NCBI RefSeq assembly: GCF_009914755.1
Contig: NC_060939.1
DNA length: 64,000 nt
From: the human T2T-CHM13v2.0 reference genome, Homo sapiens
Direction: 5' to 3' (one strand)
Below the pieces are notes generated by a model that searched no databases, was not told where the DNA came from, and was given only the letters and a program-made list of their open reading frames with translations. The translations under genes and the position numbers were made by a program. Of the stretch, positions 40,351 through 53,300 are shown one piece after another. Every line of letters begins with the position of its first letter. Position 1 is the stretch's first letter.

Positions 40351-43262
40351 CAATTCCATTCCATTCCATTCCCTTCCATTCCATTCCAGTTCATATCAAT
40401 CCATTCGATTCCATTCCATTCGAGCACATTCCATTCGAGTCCATTCCATTCGATGCCATTCCATTTGATTCTATTCCATTAGTCTCCATTCAATTCCATT
40501 AATCTCCATTCCATTCCATTCTACTCCAACTGATTCCATTCCATTCTATTCCTTTCCATTCCATTTCATTCCATTCCATTCCATTCCATTCCATTCCATT
40601 CGTGTCCATTCCACTCCAGTCCATTCCATTCGTATCCATTCCATTCCAGTCCATTCCATTTGTGTCCACTGCATTCCATTCCACTCCATTCCATATTATT
40701 CCATTACACTCCATTCCATTCTATTACTTTCATTTCCATTCAATTCCATTCCATTTGATTCCATTCCACTCGGTTTCATTCCATTTGAGTCCACTCCATT
40801 CCATTCCATTCCATTCAGTTCCATTCCATTCTGTTCCATTCCATTCCGTTCCATTACATTCCATTCCATTCGGTACCATTCCATATTGTTCCATTCGATT
40901 CCATTCGAATCCATTCCATTCCAGTCCATTCCATTCGATTCCATTCCATTCATTTCAATTCCATTCCATTCCATTCCATTACATTCCACTTGATTCCTCT
41001 CCATTCCCTTCCACTGCATTCCGTTCGATTCCATTCCATTGCATTGCATTCCATTCCATTGGATTGCATTCCATTCGATTCCATTCCATTCGAATCAATT
41101 ACATAGCAATCCATTACATTCGAGTCTATTCTATTCCGTTCCATTCGATTTCGTTCCAATCCATTCGATTCCATTCCATTCGATTCCATTCCATACTATT
41201 GCATTCCATTCGATTACATTATATTCGAATAAGTTCCATTCAAGACCATTTCTTTTGAGTCCATTCTATTTGAGTCCATTCCCTTTGATTCCATAACATT
41301 TGAGTCCATTCAATTCCATTCCTTTCGTTTCCATTCCATTTGATGCCATTCCATTCAATTCTGTTCTACTCGACTCCAATACATTCAATTCCATTCCATC
41401 CGATTCCATTACATTCTTTTCATTTCTTATCCATTTCAAGCCATTCCACTCCATTCCATTCCACTCGTTTCCTTTCCATTCGAGTCCATTACTCTCCAGT
41501 CCATTCCGTTCAATCCATTGCATTCCAGTCCATTCCAATCGAGTCCGTTCCATTCCAGTCCATTCCATTCGAGTCAATTCCATCCCATTCGATGTCTTTC
41601 CATAACGATCCATTCCATTGTATTCCTTTCGATTCCATTCCATTCTATTTCATTCCATTCGATTCCCTTCCATTGGACTCCTTTCCATTCGAGTGCATTC
41701 CATTCCGTTCCATTTCTTTCCGTTCTGTACGATTCCTACCGTTCGATTTCATTTTGTTCCAGTCCATTCCTTTCGCGTCCATTCCATTCCATTTCACTCC
41801 ATTCGATTCCATTCCACTCGATTCCACTTCGTTCCATTTCATTGCATTCCATTCTATTCAACTCTATTGCCTTCCATTCCATTCCATTCGATTACATTCC
41901 ATGCGATTCCATTCGAAATCGAATCAATTACATTGCAATCCATTACTATTGAGTCCGTTTTATTCCAGTCCACTGCATTCTGGTCCATTCCATTTGATTC
42001 CATTCCATTCTATTCCATTCCATACAGTTGCATTCCATTGGATTCCATTCTATATCTATAAATTCAATTCGAGACCATTGCTTTTGAGTCCATTCTATAT
42101 GATTCCATTCCATTCAAGTCCATTACATTTGGTTCAATTCCATTCCATTCCATTCCTTTCCATTCCATTCCATTTGATATCAATCCATTCGATTCCATTC
42201 CATTCGAGCACATTCCATTCGAGTCCATTCCATTCGATGCCATTCCATTTGATTCTATTCCATTAGTCTCCATTCAATTCCATTAATCTCCATTCCATTC
42301 CATTCTACACCAACTGATTCCATTCCATTCTATTCCTTTCCATTCCATTTCATTCCATTCCATTCCATTCCATTCCATTCCATTCGTGTCCATTCCACTC
42401 CAGTCCATTCCATTCGTGTCCATTCCGTTCCAGTCCATTCCATTTGTGTCCACTGCATTCCATTCCACTCCATTCCATATTATTCCATTACACTCCATTC
42501 CATTCTATTACTTTCATTTCCATTCAATTCCATTCCATTTGATTCCATTCCACTCGGTTTCATTCCATTTGAGTCCACTCCATTCCATTCCATTCCATTC
42601 CATTCAGTTCCATTCCATTCTGTTCCATTCCATTCCGTTCCATTACATTCCATTCCATTCGGTACCATTCCATATTGTTCCATTCGATTCCATTCGAATC
42701 CATTCCATTCCAGTCCATTCCATTCGATTCCATTCCATTCATTTCAATTCCATTCCATTCCATTCCATTACATTCCACTTGATTCCTCTCCATTCCCTTC
42801 CACTGCATTCCGTTCGATTCCATTCCATTGCATTGCATTCCATTCCATTGGATTGCATTCCATTCGATTCCATTCCATTCGAATCAATTACATAGCAATC
42901 CATTACATTCGAGTCTATTCTATTCCGTTCCATTCGATTTCGTTCCAATCCATTCGATTCCATTCCATTCGGTTCCATTCCATACTATTGCATTCCATTC
43001 GATTACATTATATTCGAATAAGTTCCATTCAAGACCATTTCTTTTGAGTCCATTCTATTTGAGTCCATTCCCTTTGATTCCATAACATTTGAGTCCATTC
43101 AATTCCATTCCTTTCGTTTCCATTCCATTTGATGCCATTCCATTCAATTCTGTTCTACTCGACTCCAATACATTCAATTCCATTCCATCCGATTCCATTA
43201 CATTCTTTTCATTTCTTATCCATTTCAAGCCATTCCACTCCATTCCATTCCACTCGTTTCCT

Positions 43263-43281
43263 TTCCATTCGAGTCCATTCC
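43263..43281 (+). other. 739-bp deletion junction, copy 2
   Basis: Same junction sequence as at 38621; anchor spacing 1050. Confidence 0.95.
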
Positions 43282-44312
43282 ATTCGATGCCATTCCATTT
43301 GGTTCTATTCCATTAGTCTCCATTCAATTCCATTAATCTCCATTCCATTCCATTCTACTCCAACTGATTCCATTCCATTCTATTCCTTTCCATTCCATTT
43401 CATTCCATTCCATTCCATTCCATTCCATTCCATTCGTGTCCATTCCACTCCAGTCCATTCCATTCGTGTCCATTCCGTTCCAGTCCATTCCATTTGTGTC
43501 CACTGCATTCCATTCCACTCCATTCCATATTATTCCATTACACTCCATTCCATTCTATTACTTTCATTTCCATTCAATTCCATTCCATTTGATTCCATTC
43601 CACTCGGTTTCATTCCATTTGAGTCCACTCCATTCCATTCCATTCCATTCCATTCAGTTCCATTCCATTCTGTTCCATTCCATTCCGTTCCATTACATTC
43701 CATTCCATTCGGTACCATTCCATATTGTTCCATTCGATTCCATTCGAATCCATTCCATTCCAGTCCATTCCATTCGATTCCATTCCATTCATTTCAATTC
43801 CATTCCATTCCATTCCATTACATTCCACTTGATTCCTCTCCATTCCCTTCCACTGCATTCCGTTCGATTCCATTCCATTGCATTGCATTCCATTCCATTG
43901 GATTGCATTCCATTCGATTCCATTCCATTCGAATCAATTACATAGCAATCCATTACATTCGAGTCTATTCTATTCCGTTCCATTCGATTTCGTTCCAATC
44001 CATTCGATTCCATTCCATTCGGTTCCATTCCATACTATTGCATTCCATTCGATTACATTATATTCGAATAAGTTCCATTCAAGACCATTTCTTTTGAGTC
44101 CATTCTATTTGAGTCCATTCCCTTTGATTCCATAACATTTGAGTCCATTCAATTCCATTCCTTTCGTTTCCATTCCATTTGATGCCATTCCATTCAATTC
44201 TGTTCTACTCGACTCCAATACATTCAATTCCATTCCATCCGATTCCATTACATTCTTTTCATTTCTTATCCATTTCAAGCCATTCCACTCCATTCCATTC
44301 CACTCGTTTCCT

Positions 44313-44331
44313 TTCCATTCGAGTCCATTCC
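44313..44331 (+). other. 739-bp deletion junction, copy 3
   Basis: Same junction, 1,050 bp after copy 2; next anchor spacing 1040. Confidence 0.95.
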
Positions 44332-47300
44332 ATTCGATGCCATTCCATTTGGTTCTATTCCATTAGTCTCCATTCAATTCCATTAATCTCCATTCCATTC
44401 CATTCTACTCCAACTGATTCCATTCCATTCTATTCCTTTCCATTCCATTTCATTCCATTCCATTCCATTTCATTCCATTCCATTCCATTCGCTTCCATTC
44501 CATTCGTGTCCATTCCATTCCAGTCCATTCCATTTGTGTCCACTGCATTCCATTCCACTCCATTCCATATTATTCCATTACACTCCATTCCATTCTATTA
44601 CTTTCATTTCCATTCAATTCCATTCCATTTGATTCCATTCCACTCGGTTTCATTCCATTTGAGTCCACTCCATTCCATTCCATTCCATTCCATTCCATTC
44701 AGTTCCATTCCATTCTGTTCCATTCCATTCCGTTCCATTGCATTCCATTCCATTCGGTACCATTCCATATTGTTCCATTCGATTCCATTCGAATCCATTC
44801 CATTCCAGTCCATTCCATTTGATTCCATTCCATTCCTTTCAATTCCATTCCATTCCATTCCATTCCACTTGATTCCTCTCCATTCCCTTCCACTGCATTC
44901 CATTCAATTCCATTCCATTGCATTGCATTCCATTCCATTGGACTGCATTCCATTCGATTCCATTCCATTCGAATCAATTACATAGCAATCCATTACATTC
45001 GAGTCTATTCTATTCCGTTCCATTCGATTTCGTTCCAATCCATTCCATTCCATTCCATTCGATTCCATTCCATACTATTGCATTCCATTCGATTACATTA
45101 TATTCGAATAAGTTCCATTCAAGACCATTTCTTTTGAGTCCATTCTATTTGAGTCCATTCCCTTTGATTCCATAACATTTGAGTCCATTCAATTCCATTC
45201 CTTTCGTTTCCATTCCATTTGATGCCATTCCATTCAATTCTGTTCTACTCGACTCCAATACATTCAATTCCATTCCATCCGATTCCATTACATTCTTTTC
45301 ATTTCTTATCCATTTCAAGCCATTCCACTCCATTCCATTCCACTCGTTTCCTTTCCATTCGAGTCCATTCCTCTCCAGTCCAATCCGTTCAATCCATTCC
45401 ATTCCAGTCCATTCCATTCGAGTCCGTTCCATTCCAGTCCATTCCATTCGAGTCAATTCCATCCCATTCGATGTCTTTCCATAACGATCCATTCCATTCT
45501 ATTCCTTTCGATTCCATTCCATTCTATTTCATTCCATTCGATTCCCTTCCATTGGACTCCTTTCCATTCGAGTGCATTCCATTCCGTTCCATTTCTTTCC
45601 GTTCTGTACGATTCCTACCGTTCGATTTCATTTTGTTCCAGTCCATTCCTTTCGCGTCCATTCCATTCCATTTCACTCCATTCGATTCCATTCCACTCGA
45701 TTCCACTTCGTTCCATTTCATTGCATTCCATTCTATTCAACTCTATTGCCTTCCATTCCATTCCATTCGATTACATTCCATGCGATTCCATTCGAAATCG
45801 AATCAATTACATTGCAATCCATAACTATTGAGTCCATTTTATTCCAGTCCACTGCATTCTGGTCCATTCCATTTGATTCCATTCCATTCTATTCCATTCC
45901 ATACAGTTGCATTCCATTGGATTCCATTCTATATCTATAAATTCAATTCGAGACCATTGATTTTGAGTCCATTCTATATGATTCCATTCCATTCAACTCC
46001 ATTACATTTGGTTCAATTCCATTCCATTCCATTCCCTTCCATTCCATTCCAGTTGATATCAATCCATTCGATTCCATTCCATTCGAGCACATTCCATTCG
46101 AGTCCATTCCATTCGATGCCATTCCATTTGGTTCTATTCCATTAGTCTCCATTCAATTCCATTAATCTCCATTCCATTCCATTCTACTCCAACTGATTCC
46201 ATTCCATTCTATTCCTTTCCATTCCATTTCATTCCATTCCATTCCATTTCATTCCATTCCATTCCATTCCATTCCATTCGCTTCCATTCCATTCGTGTCC
46301 ATTCCATTCCAGTCCATTCCATTTGTGTCCACTGCATTCCATTCCAATCCATTCCATATTATTCCATTACACTCCATTCCATTCTATTACTTTCATTTCC
46401 ATTCAATTCCATTCCATTTGATTCCATTCCACTCGGTTTCATTCCATTTGAGTCCACTCCATTCCATTCCATTCCATTCCATTCAGTTCCATTCCATTCT
46501 GTTCCATTCCATTCCGTTCCATTGCATTCCATTCCATTCGGTACCATTCCATATTGTTCCATTCGATTCCATTCGAATCCATTCCATTCCAGTCCATTCC
46601 ATTCGATTCCATTCCATTCCTTTCAATTCCATTCCATTCCATTCCATTCCACTTGATTCCACTCCATTCCCTTCCACTGCATTCCATTCGATTCCATTCC
46701 ATTGCATTGCATTCCATTCCATTGGACTGCATTCCATTCGATTCCATTCCATTCGAATCAATTACATAGCAATCCATTACATTCGAGTCTATTCTATTCC
46801 GTTCAATTCGATTTTGTTCCAATCCATTCGATTCCATTCCATTCGATTCCATTCCATACTATTGCATTCCATTCTATTACATTATATTCGAATAAGTTCC
46901 ATTCAAGACCATTTCTTTTGAGTCCATTCTATTTGAGTCCATTCCCTTTGATTCCATAACATTTGAGTCCATTCAATTCCATTCCTTTCGTTTCCATTCC
47001 ATTTGATGCCATTCCATTCAATTCTGTTCTACTCGACTCCAATACATTCAATTCCATTCCATCCGATTCCATTACATTCTTTTCATTTCTTATCCATTTC
47101 AAGCCATTCCACTCCATTCCATTCCACTCGTTTCCTTTCCATTCGAGTCCATTCCTCTCCAGTCCATTCCGTTCAATCCATTCCATTCCAGTCCATTCCA
47201 TTCGAGTCCGTTCCATTCCAGTCCATTCCATTCGAGTCAATTCCATTCCATTCGATGTCTTTCCATAACGATCCATTCCATTCTATTCCTTTCGATTCCA

Positions 47301-50300
47301 TTCCATTCTATTTCATTCCATTCGATTCCCTTCCATTGGACTCCTTTCCATTCGAGTGCATTCCATTCCGTTCCATTTCTTTCCGTTCTGTACGATTCCT
47401 ACCGTTCGATTTCATTTTGTTCCAGTCCATTCCTTTCGCGTCCATTCCATTCCATTTCACTCCATTCGATTCCATTCCACTCGATTCCACTTCGTTCCAT
47501 TTCATTGCATTCCATTCTATTCAACTCTATTGCCTTCCATTCCATTCCATTCGATTACATTCCATGCGATTCCATTCGAAATCGAATCAATTACATTGCA
47601 ATCCATTACTATTGAGTCCGTTTTATTCCAGTCCACTGCATTCTGGTCCATTCCATTTGATTCCATTCCATTCTATTCCATTCCATACAGTTGCATTCCA
47701 TTGGATTCCATGCTATATCTATAAATTCAATTCGAGACCATTGCTTTTGAGTCCATTCTATATGATTCCATTCCATTCAAGTCCATTACATTTGGTTCAA
47801 TTCCATTCCATTCCATTCCCTTCCATTCCATTCCATTTGATACCAATCCATTCGATTCCATTCCATTCGAGCACATTCCATTCGAGTCCATTCCATTCGA
47901 TGCCATTCCATTTGATTCTATTCCATTAGTCTCCATTCAATTCCATTAATCTCCATTCCATTCCATTCTACTCCAACTGATTCCATTCCATTCTATTCCT
48001 TTCCATTCCATTTCATTCCATTCCATTCCATTCCATTCCATTCCATTCGTGTCCATTCCACTCCAGTCCATTCCATTCGTGTCCATTCCATTCCAGTCCA
48101 TACCATTTGTGTCCACTGCATTCCATTCCACTCCATTCCATATTATTCCATTACACACCATTCCATTCTATCACTTTCATTTCCATTCAATTCCATTCCA
48201 TTTGATTCCATTCCACTCGGTTTCATTCCATTTGAGTCCACTCCATTCCATTCCATTCAGTTCCATTCCATTCTGTTCCATTCCATTCCGTTCCATTACA
48301 TTCCATTCCATTCGGTACCATTCCATATTGTTCCATTCGATTCCATTCGAATCCATTCCATTCCAGTCCATTCCATTCGATTCCATTCCATTCATTTCAA
48401 TTCCATTCCATTCCATTCCATTACATTCCACTTGATTCCTCTCCATTCCCTTCCACTGCATTCCGTTCGATTCCATTCCATTGCATTGCATTCCATTCCA
48501 TTGGATTGCATTCCATTCGATTCCATTCCATTCGAATCAATTACATAGCAATCCATTACATTCGAGTCTATTCTATTCCGTTCCATTCGATTTCGTTCCA
48601 ATCCATTCGATTCCATTCCATTCGATTCCATTCCATACTATTGCATTCCATTCGATTACATTATATTCGAATAAGTTCCATTCAAGACCATTTCTTTTGA
48701 GACCATTCTATTTGAGTCAATTCCCTTTGATTCCATAACATTTGAGTCCATTCAATTCCATTCCTTTCGTTTCCATTCCATTTGATGCCATTCCATTCAA
48801 TTCTGTTCTACTCGACTCCAATACATTCAATTCCATTCCATCCGATTCCATTACATTCTTTTCATTTCTTATCCATTTCAAGCCATTCCACTCCATTCCA
48901 TTCCACTCGTTTCCTTTCCATTCGAGTCCATTCCTCTCCAGTCCATTCCGTTCAATCCATTCCATTCCAGTCCATTCCATTCGAGTCCGTTCCATTCCAG
49001 TCCATTCCATTCGAGTCAATTCCATTCCATTCGATGTCTTTCCATAACGATCCATTCCATTCTATTCCTTTCGATTCCATTCCATTCTATTTCATTCCAT
49101 TCGATTCCCTTCCATTGGACTCCTTTCCATTCGAGTGCATTCCATTCCTTTCCATTTCTTTCCGTTCTGTACGATTCCTACCGTTCGATTTCATTTTGTT
49201 CCAGTCCATTCCTTTCGCGTCCATTCCATTCCATTTCACTCCATTCGATTCCATTCCACTCGATTCCACTTCGTTCCATTTCATTGCATTCCATTCTATT
49301 CAACTCTATTGCCTTCCATTCCGTTCCATTCGATTACATTCCATGCGATTCCATTCGAAATCGAATCAATTACATTGCAATCCATTACTATTGAGTCCGT
49401 TTTATTCCAGTCCACTGCATTCTGGTCCATTCCATTTGATTCCATTCCATTCTATTCCATTCCATACAGTTGCATTCCATTGGATTCCATGCTATATGTA
49501 TAAATTCAATTCGACACCATTGCTTTTGAGTCCATTCTATATGATTCCATTCCATTCAAGTCCATTACATTTGGTTCAATTCCATTCCATTCCATTCCCT
49601 TCCATTCCATTCCATTTGATATCAATCCATTCGATTCCATTCCATTCGAGCACATTCCATTCGAGTCCATTCCATTCGATGCCATTCCATTTGATTCTAT
49701 TCCATTAGTCTCCATTCAATTCCATTAATCTCCATTCCATTCCATTCTACTCCAACTGATTCCATTCCATTCTATTCCTTTCCATTCCATTTCATTCCAT
49801 TCCATTCCATTTCATTCCATTCCATTCCATTCGTGTCCATTCCACTCCAGTCCATTCCATTCGTGTCCTTTCCATTCCAGTCCATTCCATTTGTGTCCAC
49901 TGCATTCCATTCCACTCCATTCCATATTATTCCATTACACTCCATTCCATTCTATTACTTTCATTTCCATTCAATTCCATTCCATTTGATTCCATTCCAC
50001 TCGGTTTCATTCCATTTGAGTCCACTCCATTCCATTCCATTCCATTCAGTTCCATTCCATTCTGTTCCATTCCATTCCGTTCCATTACATTCCATTCCAT
50101 TCGGTACCATTCCATATTGTTCCATTCGATTCCATTCGAATCCATTCCATTCCAGTCCATTCCATTCGATACCATTCCATTCATTTCAATTCCATTCCAT
50201 TCCATTCCATTACATTCCACTTGATTCCTCTCCATTCCCTTCCACTGCATTCCGTTCGATTCCATTCCATTGCATTGCATTCCATTAAATTGGATTGCAT

Positions 50301-53300
50301 TCCATTCGATTCCATTCCATTCGAATCAATTACATAGCAATCCATTACATTCGAGTCTATTCTATTCCGTTCCATTCGATTTCGTTCCAATCCATTCGAT
50401 TCCATTCCATTCGATTCCATTCCATACTATTGCATTCCATTCGATTACATTATATTCGAATAAGTTCCATTCAAGACGATTTCTTTTGAGTCCATTCTAT
50501 TTGAGTCCATTCCCTTTGATTCCATAACATTTGAGTCCATTCAATTCCATTCCTTTCGTTTCCATTCCATTTGATGCCATTCCATTCAATTCTGTTCTAC
50601 TCGACTCCAATACATTCAATTCCATTCCATCCGATTCCATTACATTCTTTTCATTTCTTATCCATTTCAAGCCATTCCACTCCATTCCATTCCACTCGTT
50701 TCCTTTCCATTCGAGTCATTCACCTCCAGTCCATTCCGTTCAATCCATTCCATTCCAGTCCATTCCATTCGAGTCCGTTCCATTCCAGTCCATTCCATTC
50801 GAGTCAATTCCATTCCATTCGATGTCTTTCCATAACGATCCATTCCATTCTATTCCTTTCGATTCCATTCCATTCTATTTCATTCCATTCGATTCCCGTC
50901 CATTGGACTCCTTTCCATTCGAGTGCATTCCATTCCGTTCCATTTCTTTCCGTTCTGTACGATTCCTACCGTTCGATTTCATTTTGTTCCATTCCATTCC
51001 TTTCGCGTCCATTCCATTCCATTTCACTCCATTCGATTCCATTCCACTCGATTCCACTTCGTTCCATTTCATTGCATTCCATTCTATTCAACTCTATTGC
51101 CTTCCATTCCATTCCATTCGATTACATTCCATGTGATTCCATTCGAAATCGAATCAATTACATTGCAATCCATTACTATTGAGTCCGTTTTATTCCAGTC
51201 CACTGCATTCTGGTCCATTCCATTTGATTCCATTCCATTCTATTCCATTCCATACAGTTGCATTCCATTGGATTCCATGCTATATCTATAAATTCAATTC
51301 GAGACCATTGCTTTTGAGTCCATTCTATATGATTCCATTCCATTCAAGTCCATTACATTTGGTTCAATTCCATTCCATTCCATTCCCTTCCATTCCATTC
51401 CATTTGATATCAATCCATTCGATTCCATTCCATTCGAGCACATTCCATTCGAGTCCATTCCATTCGATGCCATTCCATTTGATTCTATTCCATTAGTCTC
51501 CATTCAATTCCATTAATCTCCATTCCATTCCATTCTACTCCAACTGATTCCATTCCATTCTATTCCTTTCCATTCCATTTCATTCCATTCCATTCCATTT
51601 CATTCCATTCCATTCCATTCGCTTCCATTCCATTCGTGTCCATTCCACTCCAGTCCATTCCATTCGTGTCCATTCCATTCCAGTCCATTCCATTTGTGTC
51701 CACTGCATTCCATTCCACTCCATTCCATATTATTCCATTACACTCCATTCCATTCTATTACTTTCATTTCCATTCAATTCCATTCCATTTGATTCCATTC
51801 CACTCGGTTTCATTCCATTTGAGTCCACTCCATTCCATTCCATTCCATTCAGTTCCATTCCATTCTGTTCCATTCCATTCCGTTCCATTCCATTCCATTC
51901 CATGCGGTACCATTGCATATTGTTCCATTCGATTCCATTCGAATCCATTCCATTCCAGTCCATTCCATTCGATACCATTCCATTCATTTCAATTCCATTC
52001 CATTCCATTACATTACATTCCACTTGATTCCTCTCCATTCCCTTCCACTGCATTCCGTTCGATTCCATTCCATTGCATTGCATTCCATTCCATTGGATTG
52101 CATTCCATTCGATTCCATTCCATTCGAATCAATTACATAGCAATCCATTACATTCGAGTCTATTCTATTCCGTTCCATTCGATTTCGTTCCAATCCATTC
52201 GATTCCATTCCATTCGATTCCATTCCATACTATTGCATTCCATTCGATTACATTATATTCGAATAAGTTCCATTCAAGACCATTTCTTTTGAGTCCATTC
52301 TATTTGAGTCCATTCCCTTTGATTCCATAACATTTGAGTCCATTCAATTCCATTCCTTTCGTTTCCATTCCATTTGATGCCATTCCATTCAATTCTGTTC
52401 TACTCGACTCCAATACATTCAATTCCATTCCATCCGATTCCATTACATTCTTTTCATTTCTTATCCATTTCAAGCCATTCCACTCCATTCCATTCCACTC
52501 GTTTCCTTTCCATTCGAGTCCATTCCTCTCCAGTCCATTCCGTTCAATCCATTCCATTCCAGTCCATTCCATTCGAGTCCGTTCCATTCCAGTCCATTCC
52601 ATTCGAGTCAATTCCATTCCATTCGATGTCTTTCCATAACGATCCATTCCATTCTATTCCTTTCGATTCCATTCCATTCTATTTCATTCCATTCGATTCC
52701 CTTCCATTGGACTCCTTTCCATTCGAGTGCATTCCATTCCTTTCCATTTCTTTCCGTTCTGTACGATTCCTACCGTTCGATTTCATTTTGTTCCAGTCCA
52801 TTCCTTTCGCGTCCATTCCATTCCATTTCACTCCATTCGATTCCATTCCACTCGATTCCACTTCGTTCCATTTCATTGCATTCCATTCTATTCAACTCTA
52901 TTGCCTTCCATTCCATTCCATTCGATTACATTCCATGCGATTCCATTCGAAATCGAATCAATTACATTGCAATCCATTACTATTGAGTCCGTTTTATTCC
53001 AGTCCACTGCATTCTGTTCCATTCCATTTGATTCCATTCCATTCTATTCCATTCCATACAGTTGCATTCCATTGGATTCCATGCTATATCTATAAATTCA
53101 ATTCGAGACCATTGCTTTTGAGTCCATTCTATATGATTCCATTCCATTCAAGTCCATTACATTTGGTTCAATTCCATTCCATTCCATTCCCTTCCATTCC
53201 ATTCCATTTGATATCAATCCATTCGATTCCATTCCATTCGAGCACATTCCATTCGAGTCCATTCCATTCGATGCCATTCCATTTGATTCTATTCCATTAG

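Larger units (their letters stand above)
34700..43980 (+). repeat. Tandem duplication of a 4,642-bp block (1803+1789+1050)
   Basis: The 20-bp insert at 35689/40331, the deletion junction at 38621/43263, CTTCCCGTTC (~35271/~39913), CGTATCC (~35989/~40631) and TTCGGTTCC (~38327/~42969) all recur 4,642 bp apart. Confidence 0.92.
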
